In this document: positions 1 through 13,900 of the stretch, piece after piece | Layout of the letters: every line of letters starts with the position of its first letter | How positions within the stretch are numbered: the first letter of the stretch is position 1 | Assembly: GCF_001194135.2 (NCBI RefSeq) | Contig: NC_068985.1 | Span: forward strand, 33,239,984 to 33,303,983 | Length of the DNA: 64,000 nt | DNA from: Octopus bimaculoides | Taxonomy: Eukaryota | Direction: 5' to 3' | The notes under the pieces: model-generated | Databases searched by the model: none | What the model was told of the DNA's origin: nothing | Seen by the model: only the letters and a program-made list of their open reading frames with translations | Position numbers and translations under genes: made by a program

Positions 1-329
1 AGGACGTGTGCGTTCAATAATGTAATAATACAAAGAATATATATACATGTATACACACATATATGTACATACTTACATCTACATGTGTATATACATGCAT
101 ATCAGGGTACAGGACGTTAGAACAATAAACTACAGACAACGGAACGAACACATGGGAAAACGGAAAGCCACTTGATATATATAAACTACAACTGAATCAT
201 CCAAAATACAATTCATCCAAACTGATACAAATAGACACAGTATGGATGCAAAATAGACACAAAATGAATTACAATCACTATAATACATCTCCTATCTATT
301 CCCTTCCTTCACACCAAACAGAACACTGA

Positions 330-680
330 TATTTTTTTTCTTCTCAGCTACCAATTAGTACTTTAATCTTTGGATGTAGCTAGAGCTTCCTGCTTTGGAA
401 TTTTTTGACAAGATTTTGCAGTAAGAAACACGTCATCAGCCCATAAAAGTTCTCAGGGACATCTTGTCTTGAACTGTAAATGTATGCAAGGCTGAGGACA
501 GAGCCCTCATGAACATCTGTGGACTAAATTACTCGCTGAACTTGCTACCTATTCTTACCTTGCCTTCACAATATATTTGTATGCCCCGAGCTTACGTAGA
601 ACTTGCCAAAGTGATGAATGCGAAGTACTGTTGAAGGCATATTTTTAGTTGCCTCCCTTTTACTGGTCTCCTGACAAGAT
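330..680 (-). mobile_element. Degenerate RTE LINE reverse transcriptase fragment
   Basis: Minus strand encodes LWQVLRKLG, DVHEGSVLS and CP*ELLWADD (RTE consensus GVHQGSVLS, CPWELLYADD). Confidence 0.75.
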
Positions 681-681
681 G

Positions 682-1563
682 TATGAGGGGTACCCAAAAG
701 TAACTGGAAACGTTCTGTGTGGGACAAACCTGTTGTAGTTCAGGCTTCTGCTACTAGAAGCCACTTGATATGGCCCTCAGGCATCAATTTGCTGACCAGT
801 GGTGGTGGCTAAGGCCATACTGCCATGTGGTGTGTCCTTGTTTTGCAGTACTTCTCCCTTGTTCATCAATTTGTGATGGCTGAAATGGAGGAACAGCGTG
901 CTTCGGTAAAATTCTGTTTTCTACTGGGGAAAACAGCAGCCAAAACAATTGTCATGCTTCAAACAGCTTACAAGGATGCTGCCATGTGCAAAACACAAAT
1001 TTACAAGTGATTTTCACACTTTAGGAATGGTCACTTGTCACTTAAAGACCAATCTTGTTCAGGACAACCATCAACCTCCCAAACGAATGAAAATTCATGA
1101 ACTGATCTTGGAGGACTGTCACCAAACAGTTGACAAACTTGTTGATATGACTAGTGTGTCCTAGAGCTCCTGCCAATGAATTTCGAGCAAGGAATTATGA
1201 CTGAAAAGAGTTGCAGCAAAATTTGTGCCTCACTTGCTCACGGAAGATCAAAAGCAGTCATAACTAAATGCATGTCATGAACTGAAAGAAAAGTTGGAAG
1301 TTGATCCGGACCTTTTTTTCAAAGGTTATCACTGGTGACAAAAGCTGGTGCTATGGAATTTGCAGATGTGGAAGAGGTGAAGAAAAAATCGATGGAGGCA
1401 TTAAAAGGCATCACTTTGCAAAAGTTCCAGCATGGCTTCAAATAGTGGAAAATGCACCTAGACTGATGCATTGCTTCAAATGGAGAATACTTTGAAGATG
1501 ATTGAATTTAAATAAATAAAATAATATTGTAAAATTCCAGTTTCCTTTGGGTAGCCCCTCATA
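682..1563 (+). mobile_element. Internally deleted mariner (irritans/Hsmar2-like) transposon relic
   Basis: TA-flanked TIRs tgaggggtacccaaaagtaactggaa / ttccagtttcctttgggtagcccctca; peptides MEEQRASVKFCFLLGKTAA, VAAKFVPHLL, VITGDKSW; stops and frameshifts. Confidence 0.9.
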
Positions 1564-1825
1564 CTTCTGAAAACAAGATTACTCAGCTTTGAGAATATCT
1601 GACACAGAACCTTTATTTTTTGATGATGGTATAAGATATTTTAAAATTGTTTGGATAGTTATTCGAATTTTTAAAAAATATCTGTAAATATTTATGGAAC
1701 CTATTGCTTTTCTCATGCCACTGTACTGTTAATTTAATGTTTCACTTTTGACTATTTTAAAAATTTAGCTAAGTATTTTTGTATTTTAATTTATAATACT
1801 GTATTTTTTTCTTGTTAAATATCAG

Positions 1826-1917
1826 GTTTTTGATAAGCTCATTGATAGCCATGGATACCATATCACCATTCATTAAAATTTATGTAAATGAATTTCATAA
1901 AATACCAAACAAATTAG
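1826..1917 (+). CDS. SETX-like gene internal exon (FLISSLIAMDTISPFIKIYVNEFHKIPNKL)
   Basis: tttttttcttgttaaatatcag acceptor, TAG|GTAATT donor, phase 2-1, in frame with the next exon. Confidence 0.6.
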
Positions 1918-4900
1918 GTAATTATGATATAATTTTATTTTTAATTATTATTTCTTGTTTCTCCTGTTGTCCATTGTTAGCAACCATGATTACCTTCAGA
2001 GTTATTCAAACCCCATCTTCCAGGTTTCTCTTTCAAGATGTGGATGTGCATAATTGTGAAGGTTGCTTGCTAAAAGTATTTCTTTCTAAGTTGGGCTGTC
2101 TTTTGCAAATTTCTAGCAACATTCTTGGAGATCTGCTATTTTTTTACTTCCATGAACAAGTTAAAATTGATGTGAGCTTTGGTCCTTCTTTAGCTAGCCA
2201 AAAGATGCTGAGAATTTCCTGTAAATACATGTCCTCAATGTTGCCACATGATATAGTTTCCTCTAAGATTGTTCTTTCTCATAGTCTTTGGCTCTAAAAG
2301 ACAATGGAATACCAATGCAGAACAAAGATGTGTATGTCCACAAGGCATTGCATACACTTGCAGTTAATGTAACAGTAGTAATATGAAAAAGGAATTTTCC
2401 TTATTATGAAAAGTATGAAATTTGCTGTCAAAACCAGAAAGTCAAGTGCTAAATTAAATTACTTAAATTAGTGTGCTCTAATTCTAGATACATATCAATG
2501 ATCCTCATCATCATCATTTAACATTTGCTTTCCATGCTGGCATGGGTTAGACAGTTTGACTGGAACTGGTAAGCCAGAGAGCTGCACCAGATTCCAGTCT
2601 GATTTTGACTTGATTTCTACAGCTGGATGCCCTTCCTAATGCCAATTACTCCAAGAGAGTAGTGGGTGCCTTTTATGTGTCACCAACACTGGTGCTTTTA
2701 CGTGTCACAGGCATAGGTGCTGTTACATCATCTTCACTGTCCACAACTACAATTTCACTTGGCTTGATGAGACTTCTGAAGCACAACAAATTACCAAAGG
2801 TCACAATCACTTGTCATCACCTCCGTGAGACTCCATATTCAAAGATCAGACTTCACCACCTCTTCCCATATCTTCTTGGGTCTACATTTTCAATAGGTTC
2901 CTTCCACAATTAGAGATCAGCACTTCTTTACACAGTTATCCTCATCCATATGCATCACATGACCAGCACAGTTGCCTCTCTTGAACACCACATCTGATGC
3001 CTCTTGTACCCAATTTTTCTCTCAAGATGCTTACACACTGTCAGACATGGCCTTTGTTGCCAACAAAAGTAGAAGCTCTCTGAACTTTGCCCAGCCTCTT
3101 TTTATTCTAGCAGCTACACTCTAGGAGCAATCGCCTCCACTACTGACTTTTGTTGTTCCTGTACATCTGCCATGCACAAAGACTATTTTCCCTGTTAACC
3201 TTCCTCTGATATTGATGCACCTCTCATATGTCCATAGCTTTCACCAGGTACCCCATATGGAGTTTCTACCTATGTCTTTTCTACATATTGAGCAGGGTCA
3301 TCTACCTGAATAGATTTTTGATTTGTCTGCTTTCCTACTTACTAAGACTTTGGTTTTTACTAAATTAACTCTAAGGCTCTTTGATTCCAGACCTTGCTTC
3401 CATACCTGAATTTTTTTTCTACATTTCTAGTTGTGATTCAGCAATAACAACAAGGTCATCAGCATAGAGGAGCTCCCATGGGCAGCCCGACTCAAATTCC
3501 TCTGTTATTGCCTGGAGGACTATGATGATCAGGAGGGGGCTGAGGGCTGATCCTTGGTGAACTCCTATTTCTACACTGAATTCATCGCTATACTTGTTGC
3601 CAACCCTCACCTTACTGACAGAGTCCCTGTACATGGCTTGTACAGCTCTCACCAACCACTCATCTATCTCTAGATTCTGCAATGACCATCAGATAAGGGA
3701 TTGAGGGACCCTGTCAACAGCTTTCTCTATGTCAGCAAAAGCCAAGTACAGAGGTGTATTTTTGGCTAGGTACTTCTCCTGCAGCTGCTTTACCAGGAAT
3801 GTAGCATCAGTGGTGCTTCTCCCTGACACAAAACTAAGCAGCATCTCATCTTACCTAACTCTCTTCCTAATTAGTTGGGCTATGACCCTCTCCATAACTT
3901 TCATCACCTGATTTGACCCTCTCCACGTAAATATATTATTCATTTCAGCAAAACTAGAGGATTTTAAAAATATGACCTGCTATAATAGTAAAATAAAAAA
4001 AAAATTTGTTGATGCCTTTTATGAAGTTTGGATGCAATACCACCATCTGTCCCTGTTCTATCTCTGCAATTGAAAACCAGCTGCTGTGACAACTAAAATG
4101 AGTAGAAATTTTAAATGTAAAATGAAAAGCATTATTTTATTAGACTACACTATTTGCAGTAAGAAATCTTAATGGAATTCTATTCAGTGTTCAAAATGAC
4201 GTCTTGTGAATACAACTAAAGCATTTCTCAACAGATATTTACAAAATCATGAATGCCTTGTATTGGAACAAAACCATGAGTGTCACTCATAACAGTTCAA
4301 GAATTTCTTAAAAGTGTACCTGTATAAAAATAAACAGAGTGTATTAAATTTCTCTCTGCCAAGACTTTTTTGTAAGAATATGGATATTAGATGCATCAAA
4401 GTTAAATGATCATGTATTAGAAAGGCTACACACATGAAATCCATTCAAGAATGACAGCACAAACAAGCTGAGAGAGAAACTGAACATAAGATGTATTAGA
4501 TGTAGTGTGAAGAGGGAAGATTGTGTTTGTATGAGCATGTGGCATGTATGAAGGAGGGCGGCTTTATAAAAAAGGGCTGTATGTCCAAAGTGAATGGGAG
4601 CTGCATAAGAGAGAAACTAAAGAAGACTTGGAAATAAGTGATGAAGACAGATCTAAGGTAGTTGATGGAATTGCATTGATTGGTGAAATACTGTGCAGAA
4701 AACTCTTTATTCAGGCATGATGAAACAGATGTTAAAATTTCTGTATATAAGTGCAGGCATGGCTGTGTGGTAAGAAGTTTGCTTCCAAACTACATGATCT
4801 TGGGTTCAGTTTCATTGCGTGTCTTCTTACGCAGGTGTCTTTTACTCTAACTTCAGGCTGATCAAAGCCTTGTGAGTAGATCTGGTTAGCAGAAACTAAA

Positions 4901-7900
4901 AGAAGCCCATTATTTATATGTATGTGTGTATGTATGCATGCATGCATGCGTGAATGTATACACATTCACACACACATGCACATGTGTATGTGTTTGTGTC
5001 CTCCACCCACCACTGCTACTGCTTGACAACTGGCGACCAAGTCAGTAGCGAGGGAGGGTGCGCTGAAAGTGTAGCTGCTAGAATAAGAATAGCCTGGGCA
5101 AAGTTTAGAGAGCTCTTACCTCTGCTAATGACAAAGGGCTTCTCGCTCAGAGTAAAAGGCAGACTGTATGACGCATGTGTGCAAACAGCTATGCTACATG
5201 GCAGTGAAACATGGGCCGTGACTGCTGAGGACATGCATAAGCTCGCAAGGAATGAAGCCAGTATGCTCCGAATGATGTGTAATGTCGGTGTGCATACTTG
5301 ACAGAGTGTAAGTACCTTGAGAGAAAAGTTGAACCTAAGAAGCATCGGTTGTGGTGTGCAAGAGAGAGACGATTGCATTGGTATGGTCATTTGGCGAGAA
5401 TGGATAAGGATAGGTGTGTGAAAAAGTGTCACAGCCTAGCGGTTGAGGGTACCTGTGGAAGAGGTAGACCCAGGAAGACCTGGAATGAGGTGGTGAAGCA
5501 CGACTTTCGAACATTAGGCCTCACCGAGGCAATGACTAGTGACCGAGACCTTTGGAAATATGCTGTGCATGAGAAGACCCGGCAAGAAAAGTGAGACCTG
5601 AATCCAAGGCCTCTGCCAGGGGTGTAGCCAGCCCACTTATGCATACCTTTCCTTCTTTGGACACAAAACTCTGCTTGCGAAGACCTGTTGAGGCAGGTGA
5701 AATCGAAATCGAAATTGAACCAAATTCGACGACTGGCACCCATGCCAACCTTCCTTCATTGGACACTAAACTCAGCTTGCGAAGACCTGTTGGGGCAAGT
5801 GAGATCGAAACTGAACCAAACTTGATGACTGGCACCTGTGCCAGTGGAGCGCTAACAGCACCATCCAAGCGGGATCACTGCCAAAACAGTGGTCTGACTC
5901 CCATGCCAGTGGCACATAAAAAGCACCATTTGAGCGCAATCATTTCCAGCTTCGCCTCACTGGCACTTGTGCCGGTGACATGTGAACAAAACATTAGACT
6001 GACTCCTGTGCAGGTGGCACATAAAAGACACCATTTGAGCGTGGCTGTTGCCAGTACTGCCAGACCGGCCCTTGTTCCGATGGCACGTAAAAGCACCCAC
6101 TACACTCTCGGAGTGGTTGACGTTAGGAAGGGCATCCAGCTGTAGAAACTCTGCCGGATCAGATTGGAGCCTGGTGCAACCATCTGGTTCGCCAGTCCTC
6201 AGTCAAATCGTCCAACCCATGCTTGCATGGAGAGCGGACGTTAAACAATGATGATGATGATGATGATATATATTGCTTCCCTGCGCAAAGAGAAATTGAA
6301 GCTCTGACGTCTGGTAACTGACTTGGTAAATGCCCACAAAATTATTAACCATCATGCCAACAACCACCTTGATCTTCTTTTTGAGCTCCACGTGTCTAAC
6401 ACACATAGGTCTAGCACACAAAGTCAGAAAACAGCACCCCTGTATGACTTTTGGAAACATTTTTTTACACTCAGAGTTGCTGATGCATGAAACAAACTAC
6501 CTGCATCAGTTGTTAGTTGCCAAGACATTGTATCCTTTAAAACCACCATGCTTCCTGAAAGTCAGCAACACTACACCTGATATCCACCCCTCCATACGCA
6601 TGCTTATATGTTTATCACGACTCATACACTGTTCATTTTCTTGAGTTTTGTACATAATTGTATATGCTATACATGCACTTTTGATGTGTTGCTGTGCACC
6701 TGAGCACTATAAACAACAATTTCATTATTATATAGATATATACGTATATAAAAAATTGATAACCAAGCAGAGAGTAGGGATTTATTCACATCCAAAACTT
6801 TTTTATTAAATATTAAGAAGTTTTCTGCGGCATATATAACATTGACCAACATGTTTCTACTGCGATTGCACATTGCTCTGTATGCAGTTATGTATATGTA
6901 TATAGGTAGGGTATTTCACCATATTCAATTAGACCCATCTATCACAGTAAAAGTGAGGTGCTAAAAGCATTAGGTTTGTGAATACACTCACTGGGTCCTG
7001 TTTCTGTCAAGCTTTTCCCGCCTCTCAACTTCCCAATACCTTCCACCTTCACATTTATAATAATGGCACCGTTCATCTGCTATAAATCATATGACATCAA
7101 AATCTACACATATTTCTTCCTCTTTACATTACTAGTTACCTTCCCCTCTCCCTGCTTTATTTTCACTAGTCACACCTTTCTATACCTGCAAGTATGTATT
7201 CCTCTCCCCTGAGCTACATCTTAGAAATGCCTAGCCCCATTTTTAATACCCTTTCATATCTGCCTCACCATTGTCCTTCACTTACTACAGCCATCATTAC
7301 ATATTTCTAATATTCATCACTGTCCTTGTATATCTTTTTCTCCCCCATTCTCATATAGGAAAGTGGGTTATACATCTTTAGATTGTATACCTGACTTCCT
7401 ACTATAAAATTAACGAATATAACGGAACGCTGAACTCCAGACTATCAACTTAAACAACACTTTATTTAGGTAGTAAATATATAACCACATCTTTAGTTCT
7501 TGTTGTTACATCTTCTGTGTGTATGAGCATAGTGCTGGGATGTTGTTCTATAGATGTGAGCGAGCGTAGGTCCGAAAGATGTAGAGAGACAGCTTAAACA
7601 CACGTCCATGCTCAATCGCTGGCCAGCGAGAAAGAGAATGAATTGAGCGGGAAACACTTGCTTGTTTAATTCCACGCATGCGCACGGCGTTACTACAGAG
7701 CTCCCTTGCCAGTGCGGAAACGCACGATAAATGAAATCTGTTAGAACGCCTGAGGCAGGATGGCCACTGAAAACCACCCACAAGATGTGGTACAAACACA
7801 CACACAAAGAAAATTCAAAGAAATGAAATGTACACTTGTGAAATACATGCATGCAACGTATAAATGAAATGACAATGACAAAACAACTGTGATGACAACT

Positions 7901-10900
7901 GTCCANNNNNNNNNNNNNNNNNNNNNNNNNNNNNNNNNNNNNNNNNNNNNNNNNNNNNNNNNNNNNNNNNNNNNNNNNNNNNNNNNNNNNNNNNNNNNNN
8001 NNNNNNNNNNNNNNNNNNNNNNNNNNNNNNNNNNNNNNNNNNNNNNNNNNNNNNNNNNNNNNNNNNNNNNNNNNNNNNNNNNNNNNNNNNNNNNNNNNNN
8101 NNNNNNNNNNNNNNNNNNNNNNNNNNNNNNNNNNNNNNNNNNNNNNNNNNNNNNNNNNNNNNNNNNNNNNNNNNNNNNNNNNNNNNNNNNNNNNNNNNNN
8201 NNNNNNNNNNNNNNNNNNNNNNNNNNNNNNNNNNNNNNNNNNNNNNNNNNNNNNNNNNNNNNNNNNNNNNNNNNNNNNNNNNNNNNNNNNNNNNNNNNNN
8301 NNNNNNNNNNNNNNNNNNNNNNNNNNNNNNNNNNNNNNNNNNNNNNNNNNNNNNNNNNNNNNNNNNNNNNNNNNNNNNNNNNNNNNNNNNNNNNNNNNNN
8401 NNNNNNNNNNNNNNNNNNNNNNNNNNNNNNNNNNNNNNNNNNNNNNNNNNNNNNNNNNNNNNNNNNNNNNNNNNNNNNNNNNNNNNNNNNNNNNNNNNNN
8501 NNNNNNNNNNNNNNNNNNNNNNNNNNNNNNNNNNNNNNNNNNNNNNNNNNNNNNNNNNNNNNNNNNNNNNNNNNNNNNNNNNNNNNNNNNNNNNNNNNNN
8601 AGTCGTGTTGACGATGGTTGGAGATGTTGGTAATGTGTAGTTCAGTCTCCATGGCCGTATTTGTTCTTTAGTCGGGGTTCACCAGTTATAGGTTGGTAGT
8701 CCAGAGTCCATGCTGCGTTTTTCTTCGTCGGGGGTCACCACTTTAGTAGAAAATGGGTTATACATCTTTAGATTGTATACCTGACTTCCTACTGTAAAAT
8801 TAAAGAATATAACGGAATGCTGAACTCCAGACTATCAACTTAAACAACACTTTATTTAGGTAGTAAATATATAACCACATCTTTAGTTCTTGTTGTTACA
8901 GCTTCTGTGTGTATGAGCATAGTGCTGGGACGTTGTTCTATAGATGTGAGCGAGCTGTCGAGCGTAGGTCCGAAAGATGTAGAGAGACAGCTTAAACACA
9001 CATCCATGCTCAATTGCTGGCCAGCGAGAAAGAGAATCAATTGAGCGGGAAACGCTTGCTTGTTTAATTCCACGCATGCGCACGGCGTTACTACACTCAC
9101 ATCATCTCCCTATTTTCCTGTCTATCTGCAGATTTTCCCTATTTTCTTTTTTATTGCAGGTTTATTATATTGTTGTTCTCCACTCTTTCTATGCTGCTAC
9201 TTATCACCTACTTCTGCGTGAACTACTTTTTTTCTTTTCTTTTCTTTTTTTGTACCTTTATCATTGGCCACACTTCCATCCTTGTATATTATTAAATTGC
9301 ATCTCTAATCATCTTTCTCTTCTCACATTAATGAACTTACCATCCACATTTCCCTCTTCAGTTCAATTTCCCCTCTTATACCCACCTTCTTGTACCTTGA
9401 AAGTGTGCTCTGACACCTCATCACCCTCATTATCTTCATTCCAGCTACTCTCACCTGTACCAGTATAATGTGAAGTAGCTATTTATCATTTCTGCCCTTC
9501 TATCTCTCAACTTCCCTCTTATCTCTCAACACTTGGCATAACGCCACCTTCCTTTCTACTATAACCCCACCCAGTTGAGTGGGGGTTTCCTTAATATTTA
9601 TTACTCGTTTATTAATGTATTTTCAAAATACTTTTCAGTTGAGCAAATCTTTCCTGAGCAAATTGAAAAATATGAATATCCAACAAATGGTGTTCGCATT
9701 AGCGAATTGGTAAAATGGTTATCTTTAGCCAGTAATGATGACAGAATGAAAACTGAAAAATATCAAATTATTGTTTGTTCTAAGGAAGACTCTACACTAG
9801 ATGCAATAGCAAGTAAGTACTCTGCTTGACAGTTTTGTAATCACAATCACAGTCTACATTACAAATAATAGTTGATTGCAATGGACATGGTGATTATTAA
9901 CTATAATTAATTTTTTTTTTTTTTGTGAAGACAAGGAGAAACACTTCTCTGAAGGCAGTTCTACTTTATATACCATATATAATCTCATCTTTATGAATAT
10001 GTTACAGTGGAGGTGCAATGGCCCAGTGGTTAGAGCAGTAGACTCGTGGTCATAGGATTGCGGTTTTGATTCCCAGACTGGGCATTGTGAGTGTTTATTG
10101 AGTGAAAACACCTAAAGCTCCATGTGACTCCAGCAGGGTGTGGTGGCGAACCCTGCTGTATTCTCCCACTACAACTTTCTCTCATTCTTTCTTCCTGTTT
10201 CTGTTGTACCTGTATTTCAAAGGGCCAGCCTTGTCGCACTCTGTGTCACATTAAATCTCCCCGAGAACTAAGTTAAGAGTACATGTGTCTGTGGAGTGCT
10301 CAACCACTTGCACATTAATTTCACGAGCAGGCTATTCAGTTGATCGGATCAACTGGAACCCTCATCATAACTGACAGAGTGCCACGATTACTACTAGGTG
10401 TCAAAGGAAAATTACATATCCATTCAAACTACTGTTAACTTTTCTTAATAAATTAACATTTTTCATATTCAACCCATTCCTTTAAAATCATTACAATTCT
10501 CTATTTATTGCTTATGTTACATTAATATATAGCATCACATTCTTCTGCTAATTGAATGTGGTCTCTTCAGAGTTTGCCTTAAATGTATTATACATTTTGG
10601 TATTTGAGACAATATTGTACATGTGATTGTTTTATTTATTTTTTAGTTCAAAAATGATAAACTGACAGTGAAAGCTGTGGTTTTTAACTTACAATAAAGT
10701 GATTCTTTCACCTTATAACAATGCTATTGTTTCAATTTCTACCTGTGCAACTGCACCTCATCATATATTTAAGGGTTTATGAACATTATCATTTAACATC
10801 TGTTGTCCATGCTGGCATGGGTTGGACAGTTTGACCAGAGCTGGCAAGTGGCGGTGCTGCACCAGACTCCAGTCTGATTATGCACGGTTTCTACAGCTGG

Positions 10901-13900
10901 ATGCACTTCCTAATACCAACCACTTTACAGAGTGTGCTCGATGCTTTTATGTAGAAATGCACAGGCACTTTTACATGGTACCACCATAAGTGCTTCTGTT
11001 GCAGAGTATGGGTCTTCTTGAGTACAGCAAGGTGCCAGGCATCTTGGTCCTTTGTCATCTCACCTGAAAGGTTCAGTGTCCTGAAGTCATTCTTCAGTAC
11101 TTCATACCATGTCTTTCTGGGTGTTCCACTTCTATGTATTCTATCCACTTTGAGAAAATTTAAATATTTTGTTGATAACACATATAAGACAAAGATAGAT
11201 GGTTTTTAATTTTTGATTATACTTATTTTCTTGAGGATACTAGTATTTGTTTTTTTTTTAGAAAGTCATGAGTATCACAAGTCTCAGTTTTTCACATTCT
11301 CTAAAAGAAAAACATTTGTATATAATGGAAACATGTTTTACACAGTTAAACTTTAACATTTCCTTTACATTTCCAGATCAATTGAAAATTCAGCAGATAT
11401 TAAAAAACTGTATCATGAGAGTAGCAGATGAAAAAACAGAAGACAACTATTTTGAAAAATACTGGCAATTAAATGTTACAATCAATTCACAAGATGATCT
11501 CACATATCTTCATGAACATCTATTGTGGAAGAATAGTTTGTTTCAAAATTACATGGCGACTGTGAAAGAGCTAAAAGCTACTGGAATTGATGTATCATTG
11601 GAAACAAATAAGTTCAAAGAAAATATATTGGCAAATTCCCATATAATTTTTTGCAACATTGTGACAACAATCCGAATGTTATTCAAGAAATTAAACAAAA
11701 AGAAAATGGTAGGTTTATATACTCAATAAGGAAAAATGCAATGCAATAATTCTTATATTATTTTGATCTGAAAGAATTAAGTATCCAATTTTTCTTTTAT
11801 TATATTTGCATTTTGTCATACACACACAATGACATTGAACATCCAATGGAGCGTTCTATCTAGTTCATTCCTTTTTAATCTTCATAGGTCCTCTGCATTC
11901 AGGACCTACATCTCACTAGCATTGCTGTTCATACACAAGCATCATATAATTTGCTTTTTCACTCTGAGACATTTCATTACTAATAGGCATAATAGCTCTG
12001 AACTTTTTCCATCCCCTTCTCATTCCAGTAACTCTTTCAGAAATCCTTCTTCCACTGCTAATTTTGTCATTTAGTAACTCTCTGTTGCCTCAAGGGAACT
12101 TACTAAGCATTCCAAAAGAATCTTATTTCCTTTGTATTTTAAGTGTTTATTGCTCCTGCACATCTGCTACATGTAATGTCTACTTTCTCCATTTAACCTC
12201 CCTGTGATTCCAATGCATCTCTTGTGTGTCCATAACTTGCACTGGGTAGACCATATAGAATTTCTACCTACACCTTTTCTACATATCAAGGAAAGTCCTG
12301 TCTATTTCCCTGCTTACTAAGAACTTGGTCTTCATTAATCATCATCATCATCATCATTTAACGTCCGTTTTCCATGCTGGCATGGGTTGGATGGTTCGAC
12401 TGAGGCCTGAAAAGCCAGCGGCTGCACCAGGCTCCAGTCTAATCTGGCAATGTTTCTACAGCTGGATGCCCTTCCTAATGCCAACTACTCCGAAAGTGTA
12501 GTGGGTACTTTTTATATACCACTAGCACAGGAGCCAGTCAGGCAACCATGGTATTGATCACGTTCAGATAGTGATATTTACGTGCCACCAGCATGGGAGC
12601 CAGTCAGCCGACCCTGGCATCGATCATATTCAGACAGTGCTTTTTATGTGCCACTGGCATGAGAGCTAATCAGGGGGCACTGGCTTCAACCACATTCGGA
12701 TGGTACTTTTTACATGTCACCAGCACAGGAGCCAGTCAGGGGGCACTGGCCACAGCTACAATTTTGGTTTTACTTGACTCAACAGGTCTTCTCAAGCATA
12801 TCATATTGCCCAATGCATCAAGGGTACATTTAAATGAGCCAGACATGCAACATTGACATTGGCCATGGCTATGATCTCACTTTAGTTGCCAGGTCTTCTC
12901 AATCACAGCATATCTCCAAAGGTCTAGGACTCCTATCACTGCCTCTGTGAGGCCCAATGTTCAAAAGTCATGCTTCACCACCTCATCTCATGTCTTCCTG
13001 GGTCAACCTCTTTCACAGTTAGAGTGTGGCACTTCCTCACACAGCTGTCCTCTTCCATATGTAACACATGACCATACCAAGGCAGTTGGCTCTCTCTTGT
13101 ACACCACATTTGATGCTCCTTATGTCCAACTTTTCTCTCAGGGCACTCACGCTCTGTCGCGTATGCACACTGACATTACAGATCCAGCGGATCATACTAG
13201 CTTCATTTCTTTCAAGCCAACGCATGTCCTCAGCAGTCATGACCCATGTTTCACTGCTATATAGTATGGAAGTTCGCGCACATGCATCATACAGCTTACC
13301 TTTCATTCTGAGCGAGAGGCCCTTAGTTTCCAGCAGTGGTAGGAGCTCCCTGAATTTTGCCCAAGCTATTCTTATTCTAGCTGCTACACTCTCAGAGTAT
13401 CCACCCCCACTACAGACTTGGTCGCCTAAGTAGCGGAAGCTATCAACTACTTCTAGTTTTTTCCTCTGGCATGTGATGAAGTCTGTTTTCTGTACATCTT
13501 CAGCATTTATTACTGTGTGAATCTGCCACACAAAAGAACTATCTTCCTGGTTAACCTTCCTTTGATATTGCTGCATCTTTTATGTGTCCATAGCTTACAC
13601 CGGGTACATCGTATGGAGTTTCTACCCATGCTTTTTCTATAGATCGAGCAGGGCCATCTACCTGAAGGAGTCTAGTTCTGGTAGTGACTCAGCTATTAGA
13701 GCAAGGTCATCAGCATAGAGGAGCTCCCAGGGGCACCCTGTCTTGAACTCCTCTGTTATTGGTTGGAGGACTATGATGAATAAGAGGGGTCTGAGGACTG
13801 ATTCTTGGTGAACCCTCTACTTCTACCTGGAATTCTTCACTATACTCGTTGCTAACCCTTACCTTACTGACAGCATCTCTATACAGGGCTTGTACAGCTC

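Noticed and set aside
1918-2297. Remainder of the 161-aa ORF 1812..2297 as coding sequence
   Set aside because: A good donor at 1917/1918 joins in frame to the next exon; the rest has no recognisable homology and is treated as intron.
4235-4315. Possible extra exon after ctcaacag in the SETX-like gene
   Set aside because: In-frame TAA, only a weak donor, and no motif support; the flanking exons already join sensibly.
5016-5868. Antisense ORFs over RTE copies (e.g. 5016..5432, 5429..5743, 13068..13433, 63184..63405)
   Set aside because: Shadow frames of the RT coding strand, with no independent features.
5895-6100. Repeat-spacer pattern resembling a CRISPR array (also 12500-12730 and 63605-63810)
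   Set aside because: Eukaryotic context, degenerate repeats, spacers shared between dispersed copies, no cas genes; it is the RTE 3' UTR.
7741-8652. Long ORFs in the track spanning 7.7-8.6, 59.3-60.1 and 62.2-63.4 kb
   Set aside because: Artefacts of translating through N gaps.
10649-10679. Possible micro-exon ttttag|TTCAAAAATGAT...GCTGTG|gt in the SETX-like gene
   Set aside because: Wrong phase (phase 1 entry gives TGA) and it overlaps the end of a MITE remnant.
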